Positions 15,871 through 28,937 of a stretch of 32,000 bases of DNA are shown here, one piece after another. How positions within the stretch are numbered: the stretch's first letter is position 1; every line of letters begins with the position of its first letter. Source of the stretch: Methylorubrum extorquens (GTDB lineage: Bacteria; Pseudomonadota; Alphaproteobacteria; Rhizobiales; Beijerinckiaceae); assembly GCA_900234795.1 (NCBI GenBank), contig LT962688.1, positions 2,670,001 through 2,702,000 on the forward strand, read 5' to 3'. The notes under the pieces are model-generated. The model searched no databases and was not told where the DNA came from. It saw only the letters and a program-made list of their open reading frames with translations. The position numbers and the translations under genes were made by a program.

Positions 15871-17193
15871 ATGACGATGCCGATGCGGGCGACGCGGATT
15901 CTCGGTCTGATCGCGGCCCTCCTGCTCGCATTGCCCGCGGGGGCGCAGATGCGCGGCCATGGCGGGCCGGTTCGTGCGCTCGCCGTGACGGGCGACGGCC
16001 GCCTTGCGGTCTCCGGCGGGTTCGATCAGGCGGCGATCGTCTGGGGTCTCGAAACCGGCGCGGCTTTGAGCGTCCTGCGCTTCCATGACGGCGCGGTGAA
16101 CGCCGTGGCGGCCCTTCCCGACGAGCGCTTCGCCAGCGCCTCGGAGGATGGGCGCATCGCCCTGTGGCGATTGGGACAGGCCGAGCCGGACTGCGTACTC
16201 GCGGGACATGCCGGCCCCGTTGCCGGGCTCGCCGTCTCGCCCGACGGGACCATGCTGGCGTCCGCCGCCTGGGACGGTACCGCGCGGATCTGGCCGCTGG
16301 CGGGTGGGCCGGCGCGGATTCTCGAAGGACACAAGGGCAACGTCAACGCGGTCGCCTTCCTGCCCGACGGGCGCCTCGTCACGGCCGGCGCCGATGCGAG
16401 CGTGCGGATCTGGACGCCGCAGGGGGAAACCGCCGTGACCGCGACGCTGCCGAGCGCGCTCAGCGCGTTGGCCGTCATCACGGACGGCGAGATCGCAGCG
16501 GCGGGGGCGGATGCCACGGTGCGGTTCCTGGCGCCCGACGGGCAGGTGCGGTCAGAGGTCGAACTCGGCCCTGCCCCGGTGATCGCGCTGGCGCCCGCGC
16601 CCGACGGCACCCGGATCGCCGCCGCGAGCGCGGGCGGCACCGTCGCGATGATCGAGCGGGCGAGCGGAAAGATCCTGTTCACGCTGGTCGGGCCGGGCCT
16701 GCCGGTCTGGTCGGTGGCGTGGCGGCCGGATGGGAGCGAACTCGTCACCGGCGGCGGCGACCGCCTCGTGCGGCGCTGGAACGCGGCGACCGGCGAGCCG
16801 ATCGGCCCCCTCGCCATGCCCCGGCCCGCGGACGCGCTCGCCGCGTTTCACGGCGAGCGCGGCGCGGAGGTGTTCCGCGCCTGCGTCGCCTGCCACACCT
16901 TGGCGCCCGACGACGCGCCCCGCGCCGGACCGACGCTCGCCGGCCTCTTCGGCCGGCGCATCGCGACGGTTTCGGGCTACCGCTACTCGGAGGCGCTGAA
17001 GGGCATGGACATCGTCTGGACGCCGGAGACGGTTGCCCGCCTGTTCGAAGTCGGGCCGGCACGCTTCACCCCCGGCACCCGGATGCCGGAGCAGACCATC
17101 AACAGCGCCGAGGATCGCGACGCGCTGATGCGCTTCCTCGCCAAGGCAACGGAGAGACAGCCGACGGGGACGCCGCTGACCGGGCCGAACTGA
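15871..17193 (+). CDS. Periplasmic seven-blade WD40 beta-propeller fused to a C-terminal c-type cytochrome domain
   Basis: GGAG sits 7 nt before ATG 15871. Signal peptide MTMPMRATRILGLIAALLLALPAGA/Q. There are seven WD-like repeats (for example HGGPVRALAVTGDGRLAVSGGFDQAAIVW and HKGNVNAVAFLPDGRLVTAGADASVRIW). The heme motif is CVACH with a downstream Met (TRMPEQ), typical of class I cytochrome c. The upstream ORF extension to 15526 was rejected. Confidence 0.85.
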   Translation: MTMPMRATRILGLIAALLLALPAGAQMRGHGGPVRALAVTGDGRLAVSGGFDQAAIVWGLETGAALSVLRFHDGAVNAVAALPDERFASASEDGRIALWRLGQAEPDCVLAGHAGPVAGLAVSPDGTMLASAAWDGTARIWPLAGGPARILEGHKGNVNAVAFLPDGRLVTAGADASVRIWTPQGETAVTATLPSALSALAVITDGEIAAAGADATVRFLAPDGQVRSEVELGPAPVIALAPAPDGTRIAAASAGGTVAMIERASGKILFTLVGPGLPVWSVAWRPDGSELVTGGGDRLVRRWNAATGEPIGPLAMPRPADALAAFHGERGAEVFRACVACHTLAPDDAPRAGPTLAGLFGRRIATVSGYRYSEALKGMDIVWTPETVARLFEVGPARFTPGTRMPEQTINSAEDRDALMRFLAKATERQPTGTPLTGPN

Positions 17194-17220
17194 GCGGCGC
17201 CCGGTCGGGCCTTCGACGGA

Positions 17221-17394
17221 TCAGCCGTGGCAGCTGCAGCCGGCGTGGTCGCAGCCGGCATGATCGGGATGACCTTCGGCGCACTCGTCGCAGCAGAAGG
17301 CCTTCTCGTCGCGTTTCACCGCCTTGGTCACCGAGACCACGCACACGCAGTCCGGGCAGGCACACTTCACCATATCGACATCGACGCTCGCCAT
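17221..17394 (-). CDS. Bacterial metallothionein, SmtA/BmtA family (57 aa)
   Basis: GAAGGA sits 8 nt before the ATG at 17392-17394. The product is MASVDVDMVKCACPDCVCVVSVTKAVKRDEKAFCCDECAEGHPDHAGCDHAGCSCHG, with 10 Cys and 4 His. It aligns by eye with Synechococcus SmtA (VKCACEPCLC...YCSEACADGH...GCGHTGCNCHG), with every Cys and His of that SmtA segment matched. An alternative ATG 9 nt upstream (17403) has no usable SD spacing. Confidence 0.85.
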   Translation of the reverse strand: MASVDVDMVKCACPDCVCVVSVTKAVKRDEKAFCCDECAEGHPDHAGCDHAGCSCHG

Positions 17395-17548
17395 CGGGGT
17401 CATCCTTCTCGAGACGATTCTTTCCGCGCCCCGAAGCAGCGTGGCGCACAATCATCTTCCTGCGGGCGGATGCGGAGCGCAATCCATGCGCGCACGGGAT
17501 CGGCGGATGTGGCGCCAATGTGTCAGGTGTCGCGGGCGGGTGCCCCGA

Positions 17549-21143
<3,595 letters not shown>

Positions 21144-21147
<4 letters not shown>

Positions 21148-22229
21148 GCTGGCTTCCTCTGCGCGAGCCGCACGAGATGGGGCGCCACTTGATCGACGGG
21201 GAGCACGCGGGACGCCGCGTTGAGGCGCACCGCCGCCGCGGGCATGCCGTAGACGACGGCGCTGCTCTCGTGTTCGGCCACCGTGGCGGCGCCGGCCTTG
21301 CGCATGTCGAGAAGGCCCTGCGCCCCATCCTCGCCCATGCCGGTGAGGAGCACGCCGATGCCCTGCGCGCCGGCCTGCCGGGCGACGGAGCGGAACAGCA
21401 CGGTCGCAGCCGGGCGCTGGCCGCCGACGGGGGCGCCGTCACTCACCCGCAGCGTGCCGTTCGTTCCGAGTTCGAGATGACGATCGCCGGGGGCGACGTA
21501 GACATGGCCGGCCTGCATCGTCTGACCGTCCCGCGCCACCCCGACGGCGAGCGGCACGACGCCGTCGAGCCAACTCGCAAAGCCGTCCATGAAGGCGGCG
21601 CCCATGTGCTGAACCAGCAGGATCGGGAGCGGGAAATCCGCCGACAGGCCGCCGATCACCTTGGCGAGCGCCGGCGGGCCGCCGGTCGAGGCAGCCACGG
21701 CCAGTACGTTCGGTGCGGCCTCCGATTCTGAGGGGAACCCCAGTTCGGGCATGGGAGCGGTCTTGCGCGCGTTCCACTCCGCCCCGATCGGACGGCGGCG
21801 GATGACCGGGACCGCGGCCATGATGCGCAGCTGCGTGCAGATCTGGCCGGCGACCGCCTCGTAGCCGTCATTGGTCGTGGCCACCGGCTTCTCGACCACC
21901 GAGAGCGCACCGGCCCGGAGTGCGTTCATCGAGATCTTCAGCGAGGAATCCTCGACCGAATCGGCGATCACCACGATCGGCGTCGGCCGGCTCGCCATGA
22001 TCCGTCGGGTCGTCTCCAGTCCGTCGATGCCGGGCAGGCGGATATCCATTGAGATCACGTCCGGGCGCACGGTCTCGATCGCCGCGAGCGCCGCCTCGCC
22101 GGATTCCACCGCGCCGGCCAGTTCCAGCCGCGGATCGCGGGCGATGATGTGGGTGAGGAGAATCCGCACCACGAGCGAATCCTCGACAACCAGCACGCGC
22201 ACGCGCGGATTCGCAGCCCCTCTGTTCAC
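21144..22229 (-). CDS. cheB: Chemotaxis-type response regulator protein-glutamate methylesterase CheB
   Basis: N-terminal REC (VLVVEDSLVVR, VISMDIRLPGIDG). Methylesterase domain with AASTGGPPAL, LLVQHMGAAF and GVLLTGMGEDG. Confidence 0.9.
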
Positions 22230-24472
22230 AGCAACTGACCGATGGTGTCCAAAAGTTCGCGCTGATCGAATTTCTGCTTGGTGAGGTAGGCGTCGGCGCC
22301 GAGTTCCAATCCCCGTGCGACGTCTTCCTCGTCGCCGCGCGACGTCATCAGCACGATGGGGAGACGCGCGAAGTCTTCCTCGGCCCGCAAAGCCTCGACG
22401 AGGCCGAAACCGGTGAGGCGCGGCATCTCGACGTCGGCGACCACGAGATCGACTGGCTCGATGCGCGCCCGCAGACGGTCGAGCGCCTCCTGCCCGTCGA
22501 CGCAGACGATCACGCGGTAGCCCGCCGCTTCCAAGATGCTCTTCTCCAAGGTGCGGGTGGTGATCGAGTCGTCCACGACAAGAATCGTCGAACGTCGCGT
22601 TTCTGGGATCGTTCCGCTGCCGTCCCCAAGTCCTTTGGACGGGGACCGGGCGGCGCGCGAACCGGCACGGCCGAGTCGGTCGATGAGCCCGTCCGGATCG
22701 AGGACGAGGGCGGGCGTATCGGTGCCGAGGATCACCGTGCCGGTGACGAGGGCGGGATCGCTGCCGATCGGCGGTGCGGGCAGGACGAGGAGTGTGCGCA
22801 CCTCCTCCAGGCGATCGACCGCGAGCAGGCAGCGCCCCCGCGTGCCGCGTAGACGCACGATCGGGATCGTCGCGCCCTCCGGACGGGCGATGCCGAGGCC
22901 GAGCAGATCGCCGAGTTCGGCGAGCGGCAGCGTCACGGTCTCGCCGCCCTCTCCCGCCACCTGCGCCACGGGTCGGCCCGCGACCGTGGACAGGGCCGAG
23001 GCATCGAGCCGCGACAGCGCTTCCGCGGCACCGCTCGGCAGGGCGAAGCGCGTACCGCCGGCGGTGACGATCAGAACCGGCCGCCGCGCGGCCGAGAGCG
23101 GCAGGGTGAGGATCAGCGACGTGCCGTGCGGATGACGGCGGACGAGCTGCACTTGTCCGTGCAGGGAGCGGGCGACCTCGGCCACGACCGACAGGCCCAT
23201 GCCGCGGCCCGACAGGGCATCGACCGCCCCGGCGGTGGAGAAGCCCGGCTCGAACGGCAGCGCGAGCAGCCGATCCGGATCGAGCCTCTCGCCCGGCGCG
23301 ATCAGCCCGCGGGCGCGACCCGTCGTCTCGATCGCCGCGAGGTCGGGCCCGCGGCCATCGTCGTGAATACCGAGGACGAGCCGGCCGCCCTGCGCCTCGA
23401 CGGTGAGCCCGATCGACAGGGAGGCGGGCTTGCCCTGGCGCTGCCGGCTCTCCGGACTCTCCGCCCCGTGGCTCAGCGCGTTGCGCAGGGCGTGCAGCAC
23501 CGGATCCTTGAGCGCCTGAAGCATCGCCCGGTCGACCGGTAGGTCGAGCCCGCGCGTCGTGACCTCGACGTCCTGTCCGTCGGAGCGGGCCATGTCGCGC
23601 ACCGCGCGGGCGAGGCCGCCGAACACCGTCTCGGCCGGCACCAGCGCGAGGCGCTCGGTTTCCTCGCGCAGGCGGCGCGCGGCGGTCTCGACCGACAGGA
23701 TGACGGTCTTGTGCCCCTGCGCGAGGTCGGAGGCTTCGCGCGACAAGGCGGCCAGTCCGGTCTCGATCTCGGCGAGCGCCCGGCGCAAAGCCGCAACCTC
23801 CGTTTCGTCGGTCCCGCCGGGGACGGTATCCGGAACGCGGCGGGCGGCCTCCGTGCGGCGGCGCAGGGCCCCCGCATTCGCCGAGAGCCGCGTGATGCGC
23901 TCGGCGACGGCCCCCTGGCCCGGCAGCGCGGCCCAGAGCCCGTAGCTCGCCCGCGTCAGGGCTTCGACGGCCGAGGCGGGGACGCGAAGAACGGCCTGTG
24001 AAAGCTCGGCGGCCGGTTCGGTCGTGGCAGCCGGAGCGGCCGTTGGCGCGGGTGTCGGTGCGACCGGCGGCGAATCCGGCTCGGGCCGAGCCGCCTCCGA
24101 AGCGGCGGCTTCAGGGTCGAGGCAGGCGTTCAGCGCGGCCAGCGCATCCTCGGGCATGCTCGCCTGCCCTGTCGCCGTTGCGGCGACGTAGGCCTCGATC
24201 CGGTCGAGGGCGAGATGGGTCGCGGCCCGTGCCGCGCGGTCGAGCGGGCGCTGTCCGGCGCTGATGCGCTCGAACAGGGCTTCGAGCTGGTGCGAGACCG
24301 CCTCCACGGGAGGCAGGTCGACGGCGCGGGCGGCGCCCTTCAGGCTGTGGGCGCGACGGAACACGTCGTGCCAATCGACCGGCCCCTCCGCCGCGAGGGC
24401 GGCGCGGATCGCGTCGAGATGCTCGCGGTGCTCGATCTCGAAGGCGGCGAGAAGCTGCTGGCGGATGTCCAT
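22226..24472 (-). CDS. cheA: CheA-type histidine kinase with C-terminal receiver (Hpt, dimerisation, HATPase, CheW-like, REC; WspE-like)
   Basis: Hpt with RRAHSLKGAARAV. An Ala/Pro-rich linker follows. N-box HALRNALSHG, G1 DDGRGPD, G2 SGRGMGLSVV. CheW-like domain. REC (ILVVDDSITTR, LVVADVEMPRLTG, TKQKF). No P2 domain is recognisable. Confidence 0.9.
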   Translation of the reverse strand: MDIRQQLLAAFEIEHREHLDAIRAALAAEGPVDWHDVFRRAHSLKGAARAVDLPPVEAVSHQLEALFERISAGQRPLDRAARAATHLALDRIEAYVAATATGQASMPEDALAALNACLDPEAAASEAARPEPDSPPVAPTPAPTAAPAATTEPAAELSQAVLRVPASAVEALTRASYGLWAALPGQGAVAERITRLSANAGALRRRTEAARRVPDTVPGGTDETEVAALRRALAEIETGLAALSREASDLAQGHKTVILSVETAARRLREETERLALVPAETVFGGLARAVRDMARSDGQDVEVTTRGLDLPVDRAMLQALKDPVLHALRNALSHGAESPESRQRQGKPASLSIGLTVEAQGGRLVLGIHDDGRGPDLAAIETTGRARGLIAPGERLDPDRLLALPFEPGFSTAGAVDALSGRGMGLSVVAEVARSLHGQVQLVRRHPHGTSLILTLPLSAARRPVLIVTAGGTRFALPSGAAEALSRLDASALSTVAGRPVAQVAGEGGETVTLPLAELGDLLGLGIARPEGATIPIVRLRGTRGRCLLAVDRLEEVRTLLVLPAPPIGSDPALVTGTVILGTDTPALVLDPDGLIDRLGRAGSRAARSPSKGLGDGSGTIPETRRSTILVVDDSITTRTLEKSILEAAGYRVIVCVDGQEALDRLRARIEPVDLVVADVEMPRLTGFGLVEALRAEEDFARLPIVLMTSRGDEEDVARGLELGADAYLTKQKFDQRELLDTIGQLL

Positions 24473-24496
24473 GCGGCGGGACGCTCGGCCGGACCG

Positions 24497-26245
24497 CTAA
24501 AGCCGGTAGCGCTCGGCCAGAGCCATCAGCCCCTGTGCCAGCTCGGTCAGGTTGGCCGAGGCGGTTTCGACCTCGCGGGTGCCGGCGGCCGTCTGCTGGC
24601 TCGCCTGCCGGATGTTCTGCAACGCGCCCATCACCTGCTCGATGCCGAGCTGCTGCTGGTTGGTCGAGGCCACGATCTGCTGGAAGGTCTGCACGCCCTC
24701 CTCCACGCGTGCCGCCATCTCCTCGATGGTGCGGACGGTCGAATCGGTGCGGTTCTTGCCGGCGGCGGCGCGCTTGACCGCCTCCTCGGTGAGCATGACC
24801 GAGGCGTTGATGCCGCGCTGGATCTCCCCGAGGATGCCGCGCACCTGCGCGGTCGCGCCCTTCGCTTGGTCGGCCAGCAGCTTCATCTCGGAGGCGACGA
24901 TGGCGAAGCTGCGCCCGCTCTCGCCCGCCGCCGCCGCCTCGATGGCGGCGTTGAGGGCGAGCAGGTGGGTGCGCTCGGAGATGTCGTTCACCGTGACGAT
25001 GATCTCGCCGATGGCCTGCGTCTTCTCGCTGAGGGCGACGATGTTGCCGGCGACCGCCTCGCCCTGCTCGCGGATCGAATCCATCGCCTTGGCGGTGTCG
25101 GTGGCGGCGCGAAGGCCCGAGCGCGCGGTCTGCGCCGCGGCCTGGGCGGTGGCGATGACTTCGGTGGCGCGCTTCGAGATCTGCGCCCCCGAATGGGTGA
25201 TCTCGTCGACGGTCGCCGCAGTCTCCTGGACGGCAGCGAACTGCTCCTCGACGCTGGCCGCCTGCTCCTGGGCGGAGGCGCGGATCTCGGCCGCCGCGGC
25301 GTTGAGGTCGGCGGTGGCGGCGCGGTTGGTCCGGGCAAGGTCGGACAATCCGGCCACCATCCGGTTCAACGTGTCGCCGAGCCGCCCGATCTCGTCGTTA
25401 CCGGAGCGGTTCAAGCGTCCCGTGAGGTCGCCGTCACCGATCTGCGCGACGAAGCGCATCACGTCCTCCAGCGGGCGGACCACCGCGCGGCTGATCAGAA
25501 CCGTCACCAGGATGGAGAGCAGGATCGAGGCGGCGACCGTGATCGCGACGGAGATCACGCTGTTACGATAGATGTCGCTGACGCTGCGCTGGCCGGCGCT
25601 GATGACGCCGTCGAGGGCGGTGCGGGCGTTGGAGATGCTGCGCAGCAAGCCGTCATGCAGCCGGTTGACGTCCTCGTTTCTTGCCTCGACCGTGGCGATG
25701 TCGCGGGCATCCACCGCGCGGAGCTGCTGCTCGCTGGCGTTGCGGACTTGGCGGAACGCCTCGCTCGTCTCGGTGAAGACGGCTCCGAGGCGGCTCCACG
25801 CCACGACGCGATCCGCGGAGAGCGCGGCGGATTGGTACTCCTTCACCTCGCCGGTGATGGTGTTGAGGAGCCGTTCCAGCTCCGCCACGTTCTGGCGCCA
25901 GCTTCCCAGGAAATCGTCCGAGCGGCCAGAGGTCGGCGCGGTGTTTCCCTGCGCCTGCGTCAGAACGGCGATCACGGCGTTGCGGCGCACCAGACCCATG
26001 TTGCGCGCGACGTTGCCGAGGTCGTCGAGCTGACGAAGCACGCCGACGTCGCGCGTCACGATGAGGTCGGTCATGTCGCGCACGCTGCCGATCTGGCGCA
26101 GCGCGTAGGCGCCCAGAAGCGCCACGATCAGGCTCGCCGCCACGAAGCCGAGGAGGATGCGTTTTCCGATCGAGATCGACACGGGCGACATGACTCCGGC
26201 AGGCGGCGCGGGGAGAGGGTTCGGGTTCTCGGGGCCGCCCCCCAT
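24497..26245 (-). CDS. Methyl-accepting chemotaxis protein (two TM helices, helical periplasmic domain, HAMP, signalling domain)
   Basis: TM1 is ILLGFVAASLIVALLGAYAL and TM2 is VISVAITVAASILLSILVTVLI. HAMP is RPLEDVMRFVAQIGDGDLTGRL...IGRLGDTLNRMV. The hairpin tip is ERTHLLALNAAIEAAAAGESGRSFAIVASEM. There is no C-terminal NWETF-type pentapeptide. The start is ambiguous. ATG 26245 has GGAG 9 nt upstream and good GC3. ATG 26191 would give MSPVSISIGKR.... Confidence 0.85.
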   Translation of the reverse strand: MGGGPENPNPLPAPPAGVMSPVSISIGKRILLGFVAASLIVALLGAYALRQIGSVRDMTDLIVTRDVGVLRQLDDLGNVARNMGLVRRNAVIAVLTQAQGNTAPTSGRSDDFLGSWRQNVAELERLLNTITGEVKEYQSAALSADRVVAWSRLGAVFTETSEAFRQVRNASEQQLRAVDARDIATVEARNEDVNRLHDGLLRSISNARTALDGVISAGQRSVSDIYRNSVISVAITVAASILLSILVTVLISRAVVRPLEDVMRFVAQIGDGDLTGRLNRSGNDEIGRLGDTLNRMVAGLSDLARTNRAATADLNAAAAEIRASAQEQAASVEEQFAAVQETAATVDEITHSGAQISKRATEVIATAQAAAQTARSGLRAATDTAKAMDSIREQGEAVAGNIVALSEKTQAIGEIIVTVNDISERTHLLALNAAIEAAAAGESGRSFAIVASEMKLLADQAKGATAQVRGILGEIQRGINASVMLTEEAVKRAAAGKNRTDSTVRTIEEMAARVEEGVQTFQQIVASTNQQQLGIEQVMGALQNIRQASQQTAAGTREVETASANLTELAQGLMALAERYRL

Positions 26246-26325
26246 CGCGGGCGGCTCCAAGCTTGTGTTTTGACGCGCGCCCCACCGAAGCGGCGTCCGG
26301 TTCGGCGTAAGAGCGCTCGCGACGA

Positions 26326-26883
26326 TCAGGTCGTGAAGCGGGCGAGCAGGGCCGGGATATCGATGAGGGAGAAGTCCTCGGGGATTCCGCCCGTCCTGTC
26401 CGAGCCGGGCGGTGCATAGCCCGAAAGCGGCCCGCGTCCCAGACTTTCCGACTCCGTCGTCGGGCGGGTCAGCGTGGTTTCGATCTGCGCGATACCGAGC
26501 ACGCGATCGACGGCGAGTGCGACCGGCGGCTCCTGCGCGCGCAGGCGCACCACGTGTCCGCCTTCATCCGTCTCTGCGCGGTCGAGCCCGAGGCAGGCGG
26601 CGAGGTCGAGGACACTGACGATCACCCCCGACACCGCGGTGATGCCTCGGAGCGCCGGCGGTGCACCCGGCAGTGCCGTGCAGGGCCGCTCGGGCGTGAC
26701 GCCCGCGACCGCGGTGAGCGGCAGGCCGTAGCGCTCCGCCCCGCAGGCGCAGACGAGATAGGGCGCGGTCTCGATCGTCCGCTCCTGCCCTACCGTTCGG
26801 GCAGCGAGCGCGGCGGCGCGGGCATCGAGCAACGCGGCGGCGCGCGCTTCGGCATCCGCCCCGGCGGTCACGCCAATCTTCAT
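26326..26883 (-). CDS. cheW: CheW-like coupling protein (WspD-like position)
   Basis: CheW-like core YLVCACGAERYGLPLTAVAGV...LRGITAVSGVIVSVLDLAACLG...LAVDRVLGI. Its start overlaps the cheR stop by 4 nt (ATGA). Confidence 0.8.
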   Translation of the reverse strand: MKIGVTAGADAEARAAALLDARAAALAARTVGQERTIETAPYLVCACGAERYGLPLTAVAGVTPERPCTALPGAPPALRGITAVSGVIVSVLDLAACLGLDRAETDEGGHVVRLRAQEPPVALAVDRVLGIAQIETTLTRPTTESESLGRGPLSGYAPPGSDRTGGIPEDFSLIDIPALLARFTT

Positions 26884-28331
26884 GCGTTTCGGCCCGTGAT
26901 TCCGGCCAGGGCACGGCGTGCGCTCTCGGCCAAGCGTGCGGCGCTCACTCCGTCTCCCTCCGGCAGGATCGTTTCGGGCGGCAGTCCTTGCGCGAGGCGC
27001 AGGGCGTTGTCGAGGGCGCGGGCGGCCTCGCCCCGGCGTCCGACGCGGGCGAGCAGCAATCCGAGCTGAAAATGGGCCATGACGAAGCCGCGGTCGAGGA
27101 ACAGCGCCCCCCGCAGGGCCCGTTCGGCTTCACGCTCTCGCCCGAGATCGAGGGCGAGCAGGCCTTCGTAGTAACGCAGGGGCGAATCGGTGGCGTAGCC
27201 GTCGATCTCTTCGTGCAATCGGCGCCAGGCCCGCGCAGTCTCGCCCGCATCGGCCAGCACGCGAATCTCGGCCAGGAGATCGCCCGGCGACAGCGGATGC
27301 GCAATCGCGGGCGGCGCCTGGATCGGCACCGGCAGGGCCGGCGCCGCGGCGGCGGGAGCGGGTTCCGGCGGTGGCGCGACCAGGATCGGCGCCAGATCCG
27401 GAAGCGCGGGCACGAGGATAGGCGGCGGCGGGGGCACCGGCGTGTCGATCGGGCGGTAGGCGACCGTTCCCGGCAAGGCTACGGGCTGCAGCCATTGCGA
27501 GAAGGTGGGATTAGGCTCGGCATGCCCGATCAGGAGCCAGCCCTGTGGGTTGAGCCGCTCGCCGAGCGCCCGCACGATGCGGGTGACATGGTCGGTGCTG
27601 AAATAAATCAGGACGTTGCGGCACAGGATCAGGTCGAAGCCCCCCTGTGTCCGGTCGCTCCCGTCGATCAGGGTCAGGAGATTCTGCCGCTCGAAGCGCA
27701 CCATGCGGCGAAACGCCGGCCGCAAGGCGTAGCCGCCATGCGGCAAGCCCGGCCGGGCGGGGGTGCGGCGAAACCAGCGTGCGCGCTCCTCGGTGTCCAG
27801 GGTGCGCAGGGCCCAGGGGCCGAACTCCGCCTCGCGCGCGACGGCGAGCGCCCCGGCGCTGAGATCGGTGCCGAGGATCGTCACGGACCAGTCGGCAAGG
27901 GCGTCGCCGAGAAGGTCGTGCACGAGGATGGCGAGGGAATAAGGCTCGGCCCCCGTGGAGCAGCCGGCACTCCAGATCCGCAGACGTCGGATCTCGCTGC
28001 GCGCCTCGATCAATTCCGGAAGTATCGTCTTGCGCAGGGCCGCAAATTGCTCGGCGTAGCGAAAGAAGAAGGTCTCGCCGATGGTGATCTCGGCCTCGAG
28101 TGCGGCCCATTCTTCCCGACCGGCCGCGCCGTCGAGCAGGGATGAGTAGGCGGCGCAGTCGGCGACCCCACGACTGCGCATCCGCTTGCGCAGGCGGTCG
28201 TAGAGCAGGTCGTCCTTGTCTTCGTAATAGTTGTGCCCGGTCCGGGCGATCACCCGATCCTTCAGAGCCGGAAATCCGGGATCCACCGTCGCGCTCGCGA
28301 CGCGTCGGGACCGCTCGACGGGGGCCGTCAC
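26880..28331 (-). CDS. cheR: CheR-type MCP methyltransferase with a Pro-rich linker and C-terminal TPR domain (WspC-like)
   Basis: CheR N-domain and SAM fold (ETFFFRY, IWSAGCSTGAEPYSLA, ILGTDLS, DLILCRNVLIYF). A Pro/Ala-rich linker (PVPPPPPILVPALPDLAPILVAPPPEPAPAAAAPALPVP) precedes TPR-like repeats to the C-terminus. Confidence 0.9.
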   Translation of the reverse strand: MTAPVERSRRVASATVDPGFPALKDRVIARTGHNYYEDKDDLLYDRLRKRMRSRGVADCAAYSSLLDGAAGREEWAALEAEITIGETFFFRYAEQFAALRKTILPELIEARSEIRRLRIWSAGCSTGAEPYSLAILVHDLLGDALADWSVTILGTDLSAGALAVAREAEFGPWALRTLDTEERARWFRRTPARPGLPHGGYALRPAFRRMVRFERQNLLTLIDGSDRTQGGFDLILCRNVLIYFSTDHVTRIVRALGERLNPQGWLLIGHAEPNPTFSQWLQPVALPGTVAYRPIDTPVPPPPPILVPALPDLAPILVAPPPEPAPAAAAPALPVPIQAPPAIAHPLSPGDLLAEIRVLADAGETARAWRRLHEEIDGYATDSPLRYYEGLLALDLGREREAERALRGALFLDRGFVMAHFQLGLLLARVGRRGEAARALDNALRLAQGLPPETILPEGDGVSAARLAESARRALAGITGRNA

Positions 28332-28342
28332 GACCTTTGTCC

Positions 28343-28843
28343 TCAGACGGCTCGCGCCCCCTCGGGCTCGAACCGGGCAAGCCGCGTCGTTGCCTGCCGG
28401 GTCAGCGCGTCGAGACGGGTCCGCTCTTCGAGGGTCAGGATGCGGTCGAGGGCGAGGAGGTGCACGAGTTTGTCGCCCAGCGCGAATTCGCCGACGACGC
28501 AGCCGTTGAGGCTGCGGGCGGATTCGACCGGCCGCAGGGATTCTTCCTCGAGCTGAACGAGATCGAGTGCCCGATCGACGAGAAAGGCGATGCCGCCGCC
28601 GCGGGCCAGCAAGACGTGCCGGTAGGGATCACGACCGCCGCCCGCGTCGCGAAGCGCAAACAGGGCGGCGAGATCGATCACGGGTACCGGCTCGCCGGCC
28701 AGATTGAGAAAGCCCGCGAGCGGACCGCCCGCGGCCGGCGGCGTGTGCAGGCGCGGCAGCGGGAGGATCTCGCGGATCTCGGCCTGCGGCAACGCACAGG
28801 TCGTCCCGGCGATATCGAGCAGTAGGGTGGGCAAACGCGCCAT
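28343..28843 (-). CDS. cheW: CheW-like coupling protein (WspB-like position), first gene of the operon
   Basis: AAGGA sits 6 nt before the ATG at 28841-28843. CheW-like core LLLDIAGTTCALPQAEIREILPLP...LAGFLNLAGEPVPVIDLAALF...FLVDRALDLV. The upstream ORF extension to 28939 was rejected. Confidence 0.8.
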   Translation of the reverse strand: MARLPTLLLDIAGTTCALPQAEIREILPLPRLHTPPAAGGPLAGFLNLAGEPVPVIDLAALFALRDAGGGRDPYRHVLLARGGGIAFLVDRALDLVQLEEESLRPVESARSLNGCVVGEFALGDKLVHLLALDRILTLEERTRLDALTRQATTRLARFEPEGARAV

Positions 28844-28937
28844 CGCATGTCCTTGGGGCGGTTCGCCGCCGGAGCGGACGACGGAACCGCTCGTCACCTC
28901 GTTCATGCGGTTGACGCTCGCCGAATGCAAAGGTTTC

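Noticed and set aside
17395-17548. SmtB/ArsR-type 12-2-12 operator upstream of the metallothionein gene
   Set aside because: There is no long AT-containing imperfect inverted repeat of that type. Only a short GC palindrome (17477-17491) is present, and no ArsR-family gene is nearby.
24215-26419. 734-aa ORF on the + strand across the MCP and the cheA 5' end
   Set aside because: It is antisense to the MCP, whose Ala-rich heptads generate long open antisense frames. It has no recognisable domains.
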